This document shows positions 50,958 through 60,953 of a DNA stretch of 64,000 bases, in pieces. A program made the translations under genes and the position numbers. The stretch spans positions 764,228-828,227 of the forward strand of contig CBFIAK010000001.1 of assembly GCA_965660445.1 (NCBI GenBank). Direction: 5' to 3'. The number at the start of each line of letters is the position of its first letter. Position 1 is the first letter of the stretch. Below the pieces are notes generated by a model. That model was not told where the DNA came from, made no database searches, and saw only the letters and a program-made list of their open reading frames with translations. The DNA is from Patescibacteria group bacterium (GTDB lineage Bacteria > Patescibacteriota > Gracilibacteria > UBA4473).

Positions 50958-51439
50958 AGTATATCACATAGAATCTTGAATCTTGAATCTGGAATCTGGA
51001 ATCTAGAATAAATCACAAGAAACACAACAATCACAAGGCTGTGCAAAGCCTTGTGATTATTCCTTATTTCTTAACCTTCATCTCAATCTTAATTCTTATA
51101 AAATGGAGACCGGTCTCCATTTTACATAGGTATAGATTAAAAAAATATCGAAGCTCGAAAATTTGACATGCCAAATACCTTATTAAAGCCAAAACTTTGA
51201 GACCGGTCTCCAAATTTTGGCTCCATTGTGCGTTTTTTAGTATTTTTTCAGTTATTGTATAATAATAAAATATTAAATCTGGAGTTTTGGTAAAATCGCA
51301 ATGAAGTAGGAATTATGAATTATGGAAAAATCACAAGGCTTTGCGCAACTTTGTGATTTTTTTTATGATTTTTGTGCTCCCTGCGATTCATTCTAGATTC
51401 AAGATTCCGTATTCCAGATTCCAGATTCTAATTTATATT
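50952..51439. repeat. Composite repeat locus L8 with full cassette B (51060-51274)
   Basis: Palindromes at 51029 and 51329; two GAGACCGGTCTC; heptamer tandems. Confidence 0.88.
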
Positions 51440-51482
51440 CTTGTTTTTACTTTTTTAATTTTTTTTGTATATTCTGTATACA

Positions 51483-52055
51483 ATGTCTGATTTAGACACC
51501 CAGAAAATCGAGCAGTTGGTTGCCTCCGCTCAGGCAGGAAACCAGAAAAGTTTTGAGACTCTTTTTGAATACTTTTTTGAAAAGATTTATAGATATGTTC
51601 GATTTCGAGTTTCTAACGAATCTGTTGATGATATTGTTGGAGATGTTTTTTTAAAAGTGGTTCAATCACTTGATCGATATACCCCACAAGAAGGTGCTCA
51701 TTTTTCGTCATGGGTATTTCGTATTGCTCACAATACGGTTGTGGATTTTTATCGGAAAGAGAAAGAGTATGTTTCTCTGTATGATGAAGAAGGAGAGGTT
51801 ATTGTTCCTTTACTCGATAGCGAACCGACTCCGGATATACAAGCGGATGATATGTATAATGCTTTGAAAATACAAAAATTGCTAAAAGATTTGCATCCGA
51901 ATTATCGTGAGGTGCTAGAGTTAAAGTATGTTGAAGAGTTTTCAACGCGTGAAATTTCTGAAATACTTGGAAAAACAGAAGGCAATATTCGAGTTATACA
52001 ACTGAGAGCTCTTAAAGCGCTTAAGAATGCATGGGAAGAATCACAGTTGCACTAG
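51483..52055 (+). CDS. ECF RNA polymerase sigma factor
   Basis: DIVGDVFLKV, FSSWVFRIAHN.VVD.YR, region 4 REISEILGKTEGNIRVIQLRA. Confidence 0.92.
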   Translation: MSDLDTQKIEQLVASAQAGNQKSFETLFEYFFEKIYRYVRFRVSNESVDDIVGDVFLKVVQSLDRYTPQEGAHFSSWVFRIAHNTVVDFYRKEKEYVSLYDEEGEVIVPLLDSEPTPDIQADDMYNALKIQKLLKDLHPNYREVLELKYVEEFSTREISEILGKTEGNIRVIQLRALKALKNAWEESQLH

Positions 52056-53188
52056 GTTTTTGATTTCCATCGTGTTATAAGCATTCGACTCCATTCATAA
52101 AAATCGCCTTTTTCAATGTGTGTTTGTGCGGATTGCATAAGCCCATGATAAAATCCAAGGTTATGAAGTGTTGCAATTCGTTTTCCTGTTTCTTCGCCTA
52201 CTTTCAGTAAATGATGTAGATATGCTTTTGTGTAAGGGAATGATTGATACGTATTCCATTTGCATTCAGAGTCAAGAGGGGAATGATCGTTTTGGTACTG
52301 ACTTTTTGTTATTTTTATAACTCCTTGTGAAGTAAAAATACTTCCATGTCTTGCATTTCTCATAGGCATAACACAATCAAACATATCAATACCTCGTCCA
52401 ATCGCTTCTAATAGATTTGTTGGAGTTCCAACTCCCATCAAGTATCGTGGTTTTTCTTCTGGCATATGTGATGTTATGGTATCTAAAACTGAATACATTT
52501 CTTGTTCGGTTTCGCCAACGGCAAGTCCTCCAAGTGCGTATCCATCAAAAGGAAGGGCTGTGAGTTCTTGTAGGCTTTTGGTTCTTAAATCAGGGAAACA
52601 ACCTCCTTGTATAATACCAAATATCTGTGGGCGTTCTTGAGGAGATAAGGATTGATCGTAAACAGAAAAGTGAGTATCCAGACTTTCTTTTGCCCATTGG
52701 GTTGTTCGCGTAACGGCTCTCTTTATAGTATGCCATTTTGGAACATTTGGTGGACACTCATCAAATGCCATAATAATATCAGATCCGAGGTCGTGTTGTA
52801 TTTGTATTGATTTCTTTGCATCAAGAAAAAACTTATCTCCGTTAATATGCGATCGAAACCAAACGCCATCATCGGTTATTTTTTTTGATCGAAGTGAAAA
52901 AACCTGAAATCCTCCAGAATCTGTAAGAATAGGACCATTCCAATGAGTAAAGGTATGAAGACCACCTCCTTCTCGTACAATCTCAGACCCCGGACGCAAA
53001 GAAAGATGATACGTATTGCAGAGCAAAGCCGGGGCTTGAATAGATACTAAATCATCCATAGTAACGCCCCCTTTAATACTTCCTCGAGTGGCAACGGAAA
53101 AAAAGAACGGGGTTTTGATGCTTCCGTTTCGAGTATGAAATGTGCCGGTTCTGGCTTTTTGAAGGGTTGTATGACAATCAAAATTCAT
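52052..53188 (-). CDS. tgt: tRNA-guanine transglycosylase
   Basis: NTYHL, ILTDSGGFQVFSL, MAFDEC, GIIQGG, GGLAVGE, PRYLMGVG, DMFDCVMP.RNAR. Confidence 0.96.
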   Translation of the reverse strand: MNFDCHTTLQKARTGTFHTRNGSIKTPFFFSVATRGSIKGGVTMDDLVSIQAPALLCNTYHLSLRPGSEIVREGGGLHTFTHWNGPILTDSGGFQVFSLRSKKITDDGVWFRSHINGDKFFLDAKKSIQIQHDLGSDIIMAFDECPPNVPKWHTIKRAVTRTTQWAKESLDTHFSVYDQSLSPQERPQIFGIIQGGCFPDLRTKSLQELTALPFDGYALGGLAVGETEQEMYSVLDTITSHMPEEKPRYLMGVGTPTNLLEAIGRGIDMFDCVMPMRNARHGSIFTSQGVIKITKSQYQNDHSPLDSECKWNTYQSFPYTKAYLHHLLKVGEETGKRIATLHNLGFYHGLMQSAQTHIEKGDFYEWSRMLITRWKSKT

Positions 53189-53224
53189 CCCAAAAACTAT
53201 ACGTTTATTTCTTTTTTTGACAAA

Positions 53225-53689
53225 TTACAAATCAATCTCACCTATAATAGATGAAGAGAATCCTTTCCGTAATAAATATTCATATTTATATTGTCGAAGT
53301 GCATATTCGGACTTTTCTGCTTGTTTTCGATTCCATTGACTTTCCTTTTTCTGTATAATTTTTTCAATGACTTCTTTTTGTATTTCTGGTGGATAATGAT
53401 TAGCAAGTTCTGATTCTATAGTTTTTTTATCAACACCTTTTTGTTGAAGTTTGAGTTGTATCTTTAATGGTCCATCAAGAGAAATATATTGGTGATGTTG
53501 AATAAAAAATTCACAATATCGTTTATCGCATATCCATTTCATTGTTTCAGCTTCATCTAACAGCATGTGAATCACCTCAAAATCTTCAGGAAATTGAGAC
53601 TGAAGTTTTTCATTTATTTCATGCCGAGTGTATTCTTTTCGTGATACCATTTTGAGTATGGTATTTCGTATTTCTTTTTCGTTTTCCAT
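53225..53689 (-). CDS. recX: Regulatory protein RecX
   Basis: SRKEYTRHEINEKL, WICDKRY, GPLKIQLKLQQKGV, YLLRKGFS. Confidence 0.8.
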   Translation of the reverse strand: MENEKEIRNTILKMVSRKEYTRHEINEKLQSQFPEDFEVIHMLLDEAETMKWICDKRYCEFFIQHHQYISLDGPLKIQLKLQQKGVDKKTIESELANHYPPEIQKEVIEKIIQKKESQWNRKQAEKSEYALRQYKYEYLLRKGFSSSIIGEIDL

Positions 53690-53776
53690 GACTGCTCCTA
53701 TTCTAACAGAAATATAAAAAAAATCACGATGGGTATAAAACCCCATCGTGATAATATTTTTTTTATCTATTTCTTT

Positions 53777-54403
53777 TTACTGGGCAAGGATTGTTTTCAT
53801 CATACCTCGTTCTTGATCAACTCTTTTTGATGAGTAAAAAGTTACTTCTCCTTGTGGGAGATCAGCTATAAATACTCGTTTTTCGTTTGGTTTTACTTTG
53901 CCAAAATCTTTCCCTCCAATAATACCAAAGTTATGACTCAAGTTTCCATTATTGATTACTTCAAATTGTGTAACGCCAGACATGAGATTGCTCTTCATGA
54001 TATCGATATCCCATTCATACATGTAAATTTTCACTGTTTGTTGAGGAATAAGTGGTGTTTCTTGTGTTGGTTCGTGTTCTTTTGGTTGTTGAATTTTTAC
54101 TACAGAAGGTGTTTCCGTAAGATTTTTCATTTTTTCTTCTTCAAGGGGAGCCGTGTTTGATGTTTTGTTCTCAAATGAAAGAAGGGTTTCATTTGATTCG
54201 GTTGAGGTTTCGGTTTCTATTTCATGAGGATTGTTTTCAGGGGTTTCATCGTCTTGTGTATCAGTTGTATCGGTTGTGTCTTCTGGAGTTTCTATTTCTA
54301 AGGGTGTTTGTAAATCGGTTGGTGTATTATCAAAAACATCTGTGTTTCGAATAATAATACCAGCAAAAATAACAATGAATACGAGAATAATAAGTCTTTT
54401 CAT
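53777..54403 (-). CDS. Membrane-anchored protein with acidic linker and degenerate cupredoxin-like domain
   Basis: N-terminal TM; T/E/D-rich linker; FEVINNG..SHNF..VKPNE..G.VTFY......RGM. Confidence 0.6.
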   Translation of the reverse strand: MKRLIILVFIVIFAGIIIRNTDVFDNTPTDLQTPLEIETPEDTTDTTDTQDDETPENNPHEIETETSTESNETLLSFENKTSNTAPLEEEKMKNLTETPSVVKIQQPKEHEPTQETPLIPQQTVKIYMYEWDIDIMKSNLMSGVTQFEVINNGNLSHNFGIIGGKDFGKVKPNEKRVFIADLPQGEVTFYSSKRVDQERGMMKTILAQ

Positions 54404-54669
54404 GGGAATAAAGAGGGTTAGGTCTCTTAAATATCTTTAGATATTCTTTATATATAATGATTTTGTTTTTTATGCAAATTATTTTTTTATATATAAAAGA
54501 AAAGTTTGGTTTTTTTATATGCTCATACATTTGTAATAACGCAAGGGGACTCTTTTTTTTGTTCGTATTGCAATTTGATTGATTTTCTTGTTGTTATATT
54601 TTACTTTAATATTTTAAAGGAGAAAAAGTATTGTTTTTTTTCTTATATATTTCTATTATAAGCGTGAAA

Positions 54670-55353
54670 ATGAATCAGTTATCCAATCCATTCTTAAAAA
54701 CAATCGTTCTTGATTTTGATGGAACTATTGTGGATAGTTATCCGATATTATCCGATACGTATACTTCGTTTCAACTTCCACTAGCTGATTTTCAGACGTT
54801 TCAAAATAGTTCAAAGTTTTTAAAGTTTTTTAAAGGTGGGTCTTGGATAAAATCGGTTTATTCATTCTTTTTTCGCGGACAAGTGATCCGTTCTTTTTTA
54901 GGAGATGCTTATGCAATGAAAGCTCAGCTTTTTGATGGTATGGCAGATCTTTTATCTTTTTTGTCACAACAAAAAGGTGTGCGTGTTTTAATTTTAAGTC
55001 ATAATGTTTCTTTGCATCCATCAGAGACTATTCGTCGAGTGCTTCAGAATAATAAGGTGAAAAATTATGAATCAATTGATATTCAAACAATTCCTTTATA
55101 TCAAAGAAAATCTTCGTTTTTAGAAAAATTTATACAGAAAAACAATATTGATTTAAAATCATTACTTTTTGTTGGTGATGAAGCCTCAGATTTTTTTTCA
55201 GCTTTTCGGTTACATATTCCTGGTAATAAAACAGTTTCCTACGGATATGATTCATTTCAAAAACTCATGAAAGAGAAAATACCCGTCGATAATATTATCC
55301 GCACTCCTCGAGAATGTGTAGAAACAATTCGTCGTTTTGTTTCAACTCGTTAG
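54670..55353 (+). CDS. HAD-family phosphatase
   Basis: LDFDGTIVDS, ILS.N, FVGDE..D, VSYGY. Confidence 0.85.
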   Translation: MNQLSNPFLKTIVLDFDGTIVDSYPILSDTYTSFQLPLADFQTFQNSSKFLKFFKGGSWIKSVYSFFFRGQVIRSFLGDAYAMKAQLFDGMADLLSFLSQQKGVRVLILSHNVSLHPSETIRRVLQNNKVKNYESIDIQTIPLYQRKSSFLEKFIQKNNIDLKSLLFVGDEASDFFSAFRLHIPGNKTVSYGYDSFQKLMKEKIPVDNIIRTPRECVETIRRFVSTR

Positions 55354-56984
55354 TGTATTGTGTCTTTTTGAGAAGGAATTGGCGCTTCGTCAGAAATATC
55401 TTCTTGGGTTGATTGTAGAAGCTCTTTTGCTTTTTGAGGTGTTTTTTGTTTTTGAAGAACAAAGAGAATGACGAAAAATGGAACGAGAAATGCAATTATT
55501 GTTTTTGATAAGAAAATGAATCCCAGTTGTGAATAATCTTGTTCCGTTATAATGGTGCCGTCTTCTCCTCGTATTTCACGGGTAACGACAAATATATCGT
55601 TTAAGTATTTCGTGAATAAATATCCGCCAGTAAGCGCAAGATTCATAAGAGAAGCACTCACGGCAAACCATGTACCACGCTTTTGAGCCGGTGCATAAAA
55701 AGCAATCATGGCTAACATAGGCACCATCGAAATTTGTGTGAGAGGACTTTCAAGTGCTGTATCGAACAAGAATATTGTTCGAGGAGAGAGATTGCTTATT
55801 TCATGAATATTGTAGTAGACAATTATTTCAGGAAGTGACAAAAAGAGTCCCATCCATACGAGAAACAAAAAAATCGTTCGTATTGATTTTTTTGCAATAA
55901 AATCAGTTCCGAACCAGAGCATTAGAATTGTCATTGTGGCGCTTATTTGTCGTAGAACTCCAAAGAATCGTTCATCAAATCCTAAGACGTCAATAGACCA
56001 CCATTGAACTCCAGGGCCTGAGCCACTAAGAGCAAATAGGCGATAGATAAATATTGTTCCCAGTGTTTTGAGAATAATGGATTTTGTTTTTTGAGGTGTG
56101 TCTTTTAGGAGTATGTGTAATAAATAGACAAGAATAATACCAGAACTTATAAAAAGTATTTCTTGGCTATAAGGAATGTCTTTGAGTGATATAATAACAG
56201 AAATACAAGCGAAAAGAAGCCCTCCAATAATTATTTTCCAATTCAGTGGTTCTCTTTCGTGAGTTTGAATATTGAGTTTTATAAAAGGAGTGCTTATGCA
56301 AGAAATGAGAGGGATAGAAAGCATTATCCAAAAAATTGTTTCATACGACCATATGGAAGCAATAAATCCACCAAGATACCCCACAATAAAAGTTGCTCCA
56401 ATGAGTGAAAGGCGTCCGAGTACTTGTATGAGCGTGAGTTCGGTTTGTATATCTTTTTCATTACGAGGGACTTGTTTTCCGTTTTTTTCTTCTATCCGAT
56501 CAACTACTTCAGTCGACATAGTATCGGCAACCGTGTCTTGGAGTACGAATCCAAAGGTCGTAAAAAAGGAAGACAAAAGGTAGATTTGGTAAGGGGATCC
56601 AAGTGATTGTATCCATGTGTATTTCCCAGCAAGGAGAGCTAATAAACTCATTCCGATAACCATCAGAAGTGCTCCTATATAGATATAAATTTTTCGACTA
56701 CTTTTAAAAAGAGGGACACAGTCAACCATTTGACCAAAAATCATTTTTAAAACCCATGGGATAGACATCCACAGGGAGACGGATATAAGTTCTTGTGCAG
56801 ACAAACCGAGTTCTTCTTTTTGCCAAAATGACATCGCTACACTACTTACTCCCGATAATCCATAAGCAAAATAAACAAGAAGAAGGGGAATGTATCGTCT
56901 TTTTATCGCTTTTATAGGAGCAAGAAATAGGGTTTGAAATCGATAAACTCCTTTGTTGATATACAGTGAAAGTGCGTGTGACAT
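55350..56984 (-). CDS. BT1-family folate/biopterin MFS transporter
   Basis: PWVLKMIFGQMVD..PLF.S.RK.Y, QDTVAD, GTWFA..ASLMNLA; about 12 TM segments. Confidence 0.8.
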   Translation of the reverse strand: MSHALSLYINKGVYRFQTLFLAPIKAIKRRYIPLLLVYFAYGLSGVSSVAMSFWQKEELGLSAQELISVSLWMSIPWVLKMIFGQMVDCVPLFKSSRKIYIYIGALLMVIGMSLLALLAGKYTWIQSLGSPYQIYLLSSFFTTFGFVLQDTVADTMSTEVVDRIEEKNGKQVPRNEKDIQTELTLIQVLGRLSLIGATFIVGYLGGFIASIWSYETIFWIMLSIPLISCISTPFIKLNIQTHEREPLNWKIIIGGLLFACISVIISLKDIPYSQEILFISSGIILVYLLHILLKDTPQKTKSIILKTLGTIFIYRLFALSGSGPGVQWWSIDVLGFDERFFGVLRQISATMTILMLWFGTDFIAKKSIRTIFLFLVWMGLFLSLPEIIVYYNIHEISNLSPRTIFLFDTALESPLTQISMVPMLAMIAFYAPAQKRGTWFAVSASLMNLALTGGYLFTKYLNDIFVVTREIRGEDGTIITEQDYSQLGFIFLSKTIIAFLVPFFVILFVLQKQKTPQKAKELLQSTQEDISDEAPIPSQKDTIH

Positions 56985-57055
56985 ACAAATAGAATACCCA
57001 AATTTTTCTTTTAAGAAATATTGACTTTGATTGTTTTTTGTTTTATTTTCTTGTT

Positions 57056-57514
57056 ATGAAAAAAATAGTTTTCTTGTTTCTTATTTCCTTTGGTTTTATT
57101 TCTCTTACATCGGCATCGTTGTATGGAAGAACTATTGATCGATGTCAATTAGATCCTATTACGGGAAATAGGTATTGTACCCAATCGTTAGCATCTCGAT
57201 ATCGGGGAAATCGTATCAATTATTCAGATTCTGCTTCTTTGCGACAAACCCAATCATTTTACAGAAACCAGCAAGTGTGTCCTCGGTTTTCTCGATTTGA
57301 AGGATTTCCTATAAATGCTTGTGTGTGTCAAAACGGATATAAGGTAAGTCGTGATAAGACGATGTGTATAAAAACGATACAGCCATTATCTAATGAAGGC
57401 GTTCGAGTGCTTACAAAAGCATTAGCAGGACATGAATTAACACTTGAAGAAAAACGACAACGAGGAGAAATAAATCGTTGGCTGAATGAAGTTTTTCGAA
57501 CAACTCCTTATTAA
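57056..57514 (+). CDS. Small secreted Cys-containing protein
   Basis: Signal peptide; EGF-like CVCQNGYKVSRDKTMC. Confidence 0.6.
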   Translation: MKKIVFLFLISFGFISLTSASLYGRTIDRCQLDPITGNRYCTQSLASRYRGNRINYSDSASLRQTQSFYRNQQVCPRFSRFEGFPINACVCQNGYKVSRDKTMCIKTIQPLSNEGVRVLTKALAGHELTLEEKRQRGEINRWLNEVFRTTPY

Positions 57515-57522
57515 TTTTTTTT

Positions 57523-58674
57523 ATGAACCCATTAGAATCACCAATATTTGATGATGAATCATCTGCATCAGAAAGAATAAATCAGGTGCTGAATACCGAA
57601 AAGAATGATTCAGATTTTTCTTTTTTTGAAACAACTCGGTTTGCACAACCTTTGTTTTTAGCAAAGCAAGATGCTCTCCTAAAAGGTGTTTCGAGAACAT
57701 TTCATCCAGTGATTTCAATGCTTCCTCGTAAACTCCGCATACCCGTGACAAATTCGTATTTATTGTGTCGATTGCTCGATACTATTGAAGATACTCCTGA
57801 TATTGAATTTCGTCATAAACAAGACATTCTACAAAGAATACAAGAGGTTTTGCATAAAGACGGAGAATCAGAACATCTTCAATCATTGTTTGATTATATT
57901 GCAGAAACCTATGATATTTGTGATGAAGAAAAAGAAGTGCTTTTGAATGCGAATGATATTTTCGAGAGTATAAAAGTTCTTCCTCCAACAATCAGAAATC
58001 CTATTTATGAATGTGCTCATACTATGGCATCGGGTATGCAACAATATGCTTTTGGAAAAGATAAACCGGAAGTACAACTTCAAACAAAATCAGATCTTGA
58101 AAATTATACCTATTATGTAGCGGGAACTGTTGGCGAAATGTTGAATCAATTTTTTGTACAAGATGAGTATGGACTTTCATCAAAATCAAAAGAAATAATG
58201 CATAATTTTGCCATTGATTTCGGAAAAGCATTGCAGTATGTGAATATCATTAAAGATAGTCGATTTGATATACAAGAAGGGCGTTGTTTTATTCCAAAAA
58301 CATTTTTGGATGCAGAAGGACTCACCCTTGAATCATTTTTTGATGGAGAAAACCAAGAATCAGTATTGCGAGTTTATAATCGTCTTATTGAACGAGCGTA
58401 TCAGTATTTAGAGAATGCGGTTTCTTATATTGATACGATTGAAATTACGGAACGAACAAAACCTATTCGTCGGTTTTGTATTGGACCTGTATTGTCTGCG
58501 TATAAAACACTTTCTTCTTTTGAAGCTCAGCTTCCTACACTTTTACAAAAGGGTGAACGGTTTAAGATTCCGCGAGTAGAGATGATGAAACTGCTCGTTC
58601 AAGTACCTTTAGCAGCAGGGAATCAGAATCAGTTTCATTCGTTTTTAAAACCGTATCAAAAAACCCAAGCATAG
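57523..58674 (+). CDS. Squalene/phytoene synthase family protein
   Basis: SRTF, YLLCRLLDTIED, YTYYVAGTVG, FGKALQYVNIIKD..D..EGRCFIP. Confidence 0.88.
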   Translation: MNPLESPIFDDESSASERINQVLNTEKNDSDFSFFETTRFAQPLFLAKQDALLKGVSRTFHPVISMLPRKLRIPVTNSYLLCRLLDTIEDTPDIEFRHKQDILQRIQEVLHKDGESEHLQSLFDYIAETYDICDEEKEVLLNANDIFESIKVLPPTIRNPIYECAHTMASGMQQYAFGKDKPEVQLQTKSDLENYTYYVAGTVGEMLNQFFVQDEYGLSSKSKEIMHNFAIDFGKALQYVNIIKDSRFDIQEGRCFIPKTFLDAEGLTLESFFDGENQESVLRVYNRLIERAYQYLENAVSYIDTIEITERTKPIRRFCIGPVLSAYKTLSSFEAQLPTLLQKGERFKIPRVEMMKLLVQVPLAAGNQNQFHSFLKPYQKTQA

Positions 58675-58692
58675 TGCTTGGGTTTTTTTTTG
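58658..58692. terminator. Bidirectional terminator between the synthase gene and dnaK
   Basis: aaaaaacccaagca-tag-tgcttgggtttttttttt. Confidence 0.8.
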
Positions 58693-58712
58693 AGAGAGTT
58701 GCGTTTACTGTT

Positions 58713-60626
58713 TTATTTTTCAGCATCGTCTTTTTTCTTTACTTGTGCATCAGGAATTTCTTCTTCCCCTGATTTTTCAGCCATTTCTTCACCTCGTGCG
58801 GCTTGTGGGTCATGACCGGCTTTGTGCATAGCCATACCGAGTGCTTGAAATTTTTCCATGAGTGTATCACCCGCTTTTGTAATATCATCTTTTGAAGCGT
58901 CTTTATTTTCAAATACTTTTTTGGCGTTTGGAATTTCTGCTTCAACTTCTTTTATTGGGTCGTGTAGTTCATCTTTTTTAAGTTCAAGTGCCTCTTGGAG
59001 TGTTTTTTCTGCTTGGTATATAAGAGAATCAAGATGGTTTGTTGCTTCTATTTTCTCTTTTCGTTCTTTATCTTTTGATGCATTCTCTTCTGCTTCTTTT
59101 TGCATTTTTTCTATTTCTTCATCAGAAAGCCCGCTTGAACCTTCGATACGAATAGATTGTTCTTTGTTCGTTGATTTGTCTTTTGCCTTTACCGATAAAA
59201 TACCATTAGCATCGATATCAAATGTGACTTCAATTTGTGGTGTTCCTCGAGGAGCTGGTGGAATACCATCGAGAATAAATCGCCCAAGTGATTTATTATC
59301 GGCTGCCATTTCTCGTTCTCCTTGCAGGACATGAATATCAACCGCTGGTTGGTTATCGGCATAGGTAGAAAACGTTTGTGATTTTGAACTTGGAATAGTT
59401 GTATTTCGTTCAATCATTGCCGTTCTGATTCCTCCTGCTGTTTCGATACCAAGGGTAAGAGGAGTTACATCAAGAAGCAGAACATCTTTTACATCTCCCT
59501 GTAAAACTCCTCCTTGCACAGCGGCTCCAAGAGCTACAACTTCATCAGGGTTTTGTGTTTCGTTTGGTTTTTTTCCAAAGAATTTTTCTACGGCATCTCT
59601 CACTGCTGGCATTCGAGTCATTCCACCAACTAAGAGTACTTCATCTATATCGCTTTTTTTAAGCCCTGCATCATCGAGACATTTCTGGCATGGTTTGAGT
59701 GATCGATCAATGAGATCATCAACGAGTTTATTGAGTTGTGATCGAGTGAGTTTTTTTTGTAAATGAACAGGACCTGAAGACCCTACAGTGATATACATCA
59801 AGTTAATATCAGTTTCATCTGTTGAAGACAGTTCTTTTTTTGCTCGTTCCGCTTCTTCTTTGATTCGTTGCATGGCCATTGGATCTTTTGCCAGATCAAT
59901 TTCGTTCTCTTTTTTGAACTCACTGAGAATCCATTGAATGATGGCAGAATCAAAATCATCTCCTCCAAGGTGTGTATCTCCATTAGTGGCGAGCACTTCA
60001 AAGGTGCCATCATGCATTTCTAAAATAGAAACATCAAATGTTCCTCCTCCTAGATCATAAACGACAACTTTTTGTTCTTTTTCTTGTTTATCGATTCCAT
60101 AAGCAAGTGCTGCTGCTGTTGGTTCATTAATAATTCGTTCTACCTCAAGCCCTGCAATTTTTCCAGCATCTTTTGTCGCTTTTCTTTGTTCGTTATTGAA
60201 ATAAGCGGGAACCGTAATAACGGCTTTTGTTACTTTTTGTCCGAGGAATTTTTCAGCATCGCTTTTTAATTTCGCCAGTACTTTTGCAGAAATTTCTGCT
60301 GGGCGAACGTCTTTTCCATTAAACTTAATAAGCACTTCATCGTTTTTTCCGCTTTCAAAATCGAATGGCATTTCATCCATTTCTTTTTTTACTTCCGATG
60401 ATTTTCGACCAATAAATCGTTTTGCTGAAAAAATAGTATTTTTTACATTGGTTAACGCTTGGCGTTTTGCAGGAATTCCAACAAGTGTTTGGTCATCTTT
60501 TTGCGCAACGATTGAAGGGGTGGTTCGGTTTCCTTCAGCGTTTGGGATAACCACAGGTTTTCCTCCTTCCATAACAGCCACACAAGAGTTGGTGGTTCCT
60601 AAATCTATACCTATAATTTTACTCAT
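58713..60626 (-). CDS. dnaK: Chaperone DnaK
   Basis: [49 protein letters not shown]. Confidence 0.98.
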   Translation of the reverse strand: MSKIIGIDLGTTNSCVAVMEGGKPVVIPNAEGNRTTPSIVAQKDDQTLVGIPAKRQALTNVKNTIFSAKRFIGRKSSEVKKEMDEMPFDFESGKNDEVLIKFNGKDVRPAEISAKVLAKLKSDAEKFLGQKVTKAVITVPAYFNNEQRKATKDAGKIAGLEVERIINEPTAAALAYGIDKQEKEQKVVVYDLGGGTFDVSILEMHDGTFEVLATNGDTHLGGDDFDSAIIQWILSEFKKENEIDLAKDPMAMQRIKEEAERAKKELSSTDETDINLMYITVGSSGPVHLQKKLTRSQLNKLVDDLIDRSLKPCQKCLDDAGLKKSDIDEVLLVGGMTRMPAVRDAVEKFFGKKPNETQNPDEVVALGAAVQGGVLQGDVKDVLLLDVTPLTLGIETAGGIRTAMIERNTTIPSSKSQTFSTYADNQPAVDIHVLQGEREMAADNKSLGRFILDGIPPAPRGTPQIEVTFDIDANGILSVKAKDKSTNKEQSIRIEGSSGLSDEEIEKMQKEAEENASKDKERKEKIEATNHLDSLIYQAEKTLQEALELKKDELHDPIKEVEAEIPNAKKVFENKDASKDDITKAGDTLMEKFQALGMAMHKAGHDPQAARGEEMAEKSGEEEIPDAQVKKKDDAEK

Positions 60627-60650
60627 ATTCTATATATCGGTTAAAAAATA

Positions 60651-60677
60651 TTAGCAATCAGATTATATGAGTGCTAA
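60651..60677 (-). promoter_or_regulatory. CIRCE operator upstream of dnaK
   Basis: TTAGCAaTC-N9-GAGTGCTAA (one mismatch); minus-strand TTGACG (60684-60689) and TATAAT (60662-60667). Confidence 0.88.
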
Positions 60678-60709
60678 AAAATTCGTCAACTCTTTTTTTA
60701 TATTTCTTC

Positions 60710-60953
60710 GAATTTAGAATCTTGAATCTAAATTAGAATCTAGAATCTGGAATCTGGAATCTAGAATGAATCGCAGGGAGCACAGGAATCATAAAAAAAA
60801 TCACAAAGTTGCGCAAAGCCTTGTGATTTTTCCATAATTCCTAATTCATACTTCATAATTCTGAAGTTAGAAAAACTTTCTCACTTCACTGCGCTTTTGA
60901 GATTTTACCAAGATTCTAGATTCCAGATTCTAGATTCGAGCGCCTCAGCGCTC
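60710..60953. repeat. Repeat locus L9
   Basis: Palindrome at 60799-60828; heptamer tandems; starts at the stop codon of the upstream ATPase gene. Confidence 0.88.

Noticed and set aside
38681-51210. BsaI sites (GGTCTC/GAGACC) as a sign of synthetic Golden Gate DNA
   Set aside because: They lie in naturally diverged repeat copies with no vector, marker or scar sequences.
54404-54669. AT-rich intergenic region as oriC
   Set aside because: No TTATCCACA cluster seen and no dnaA/dnaN nearby; explained as a divergent promoter region.
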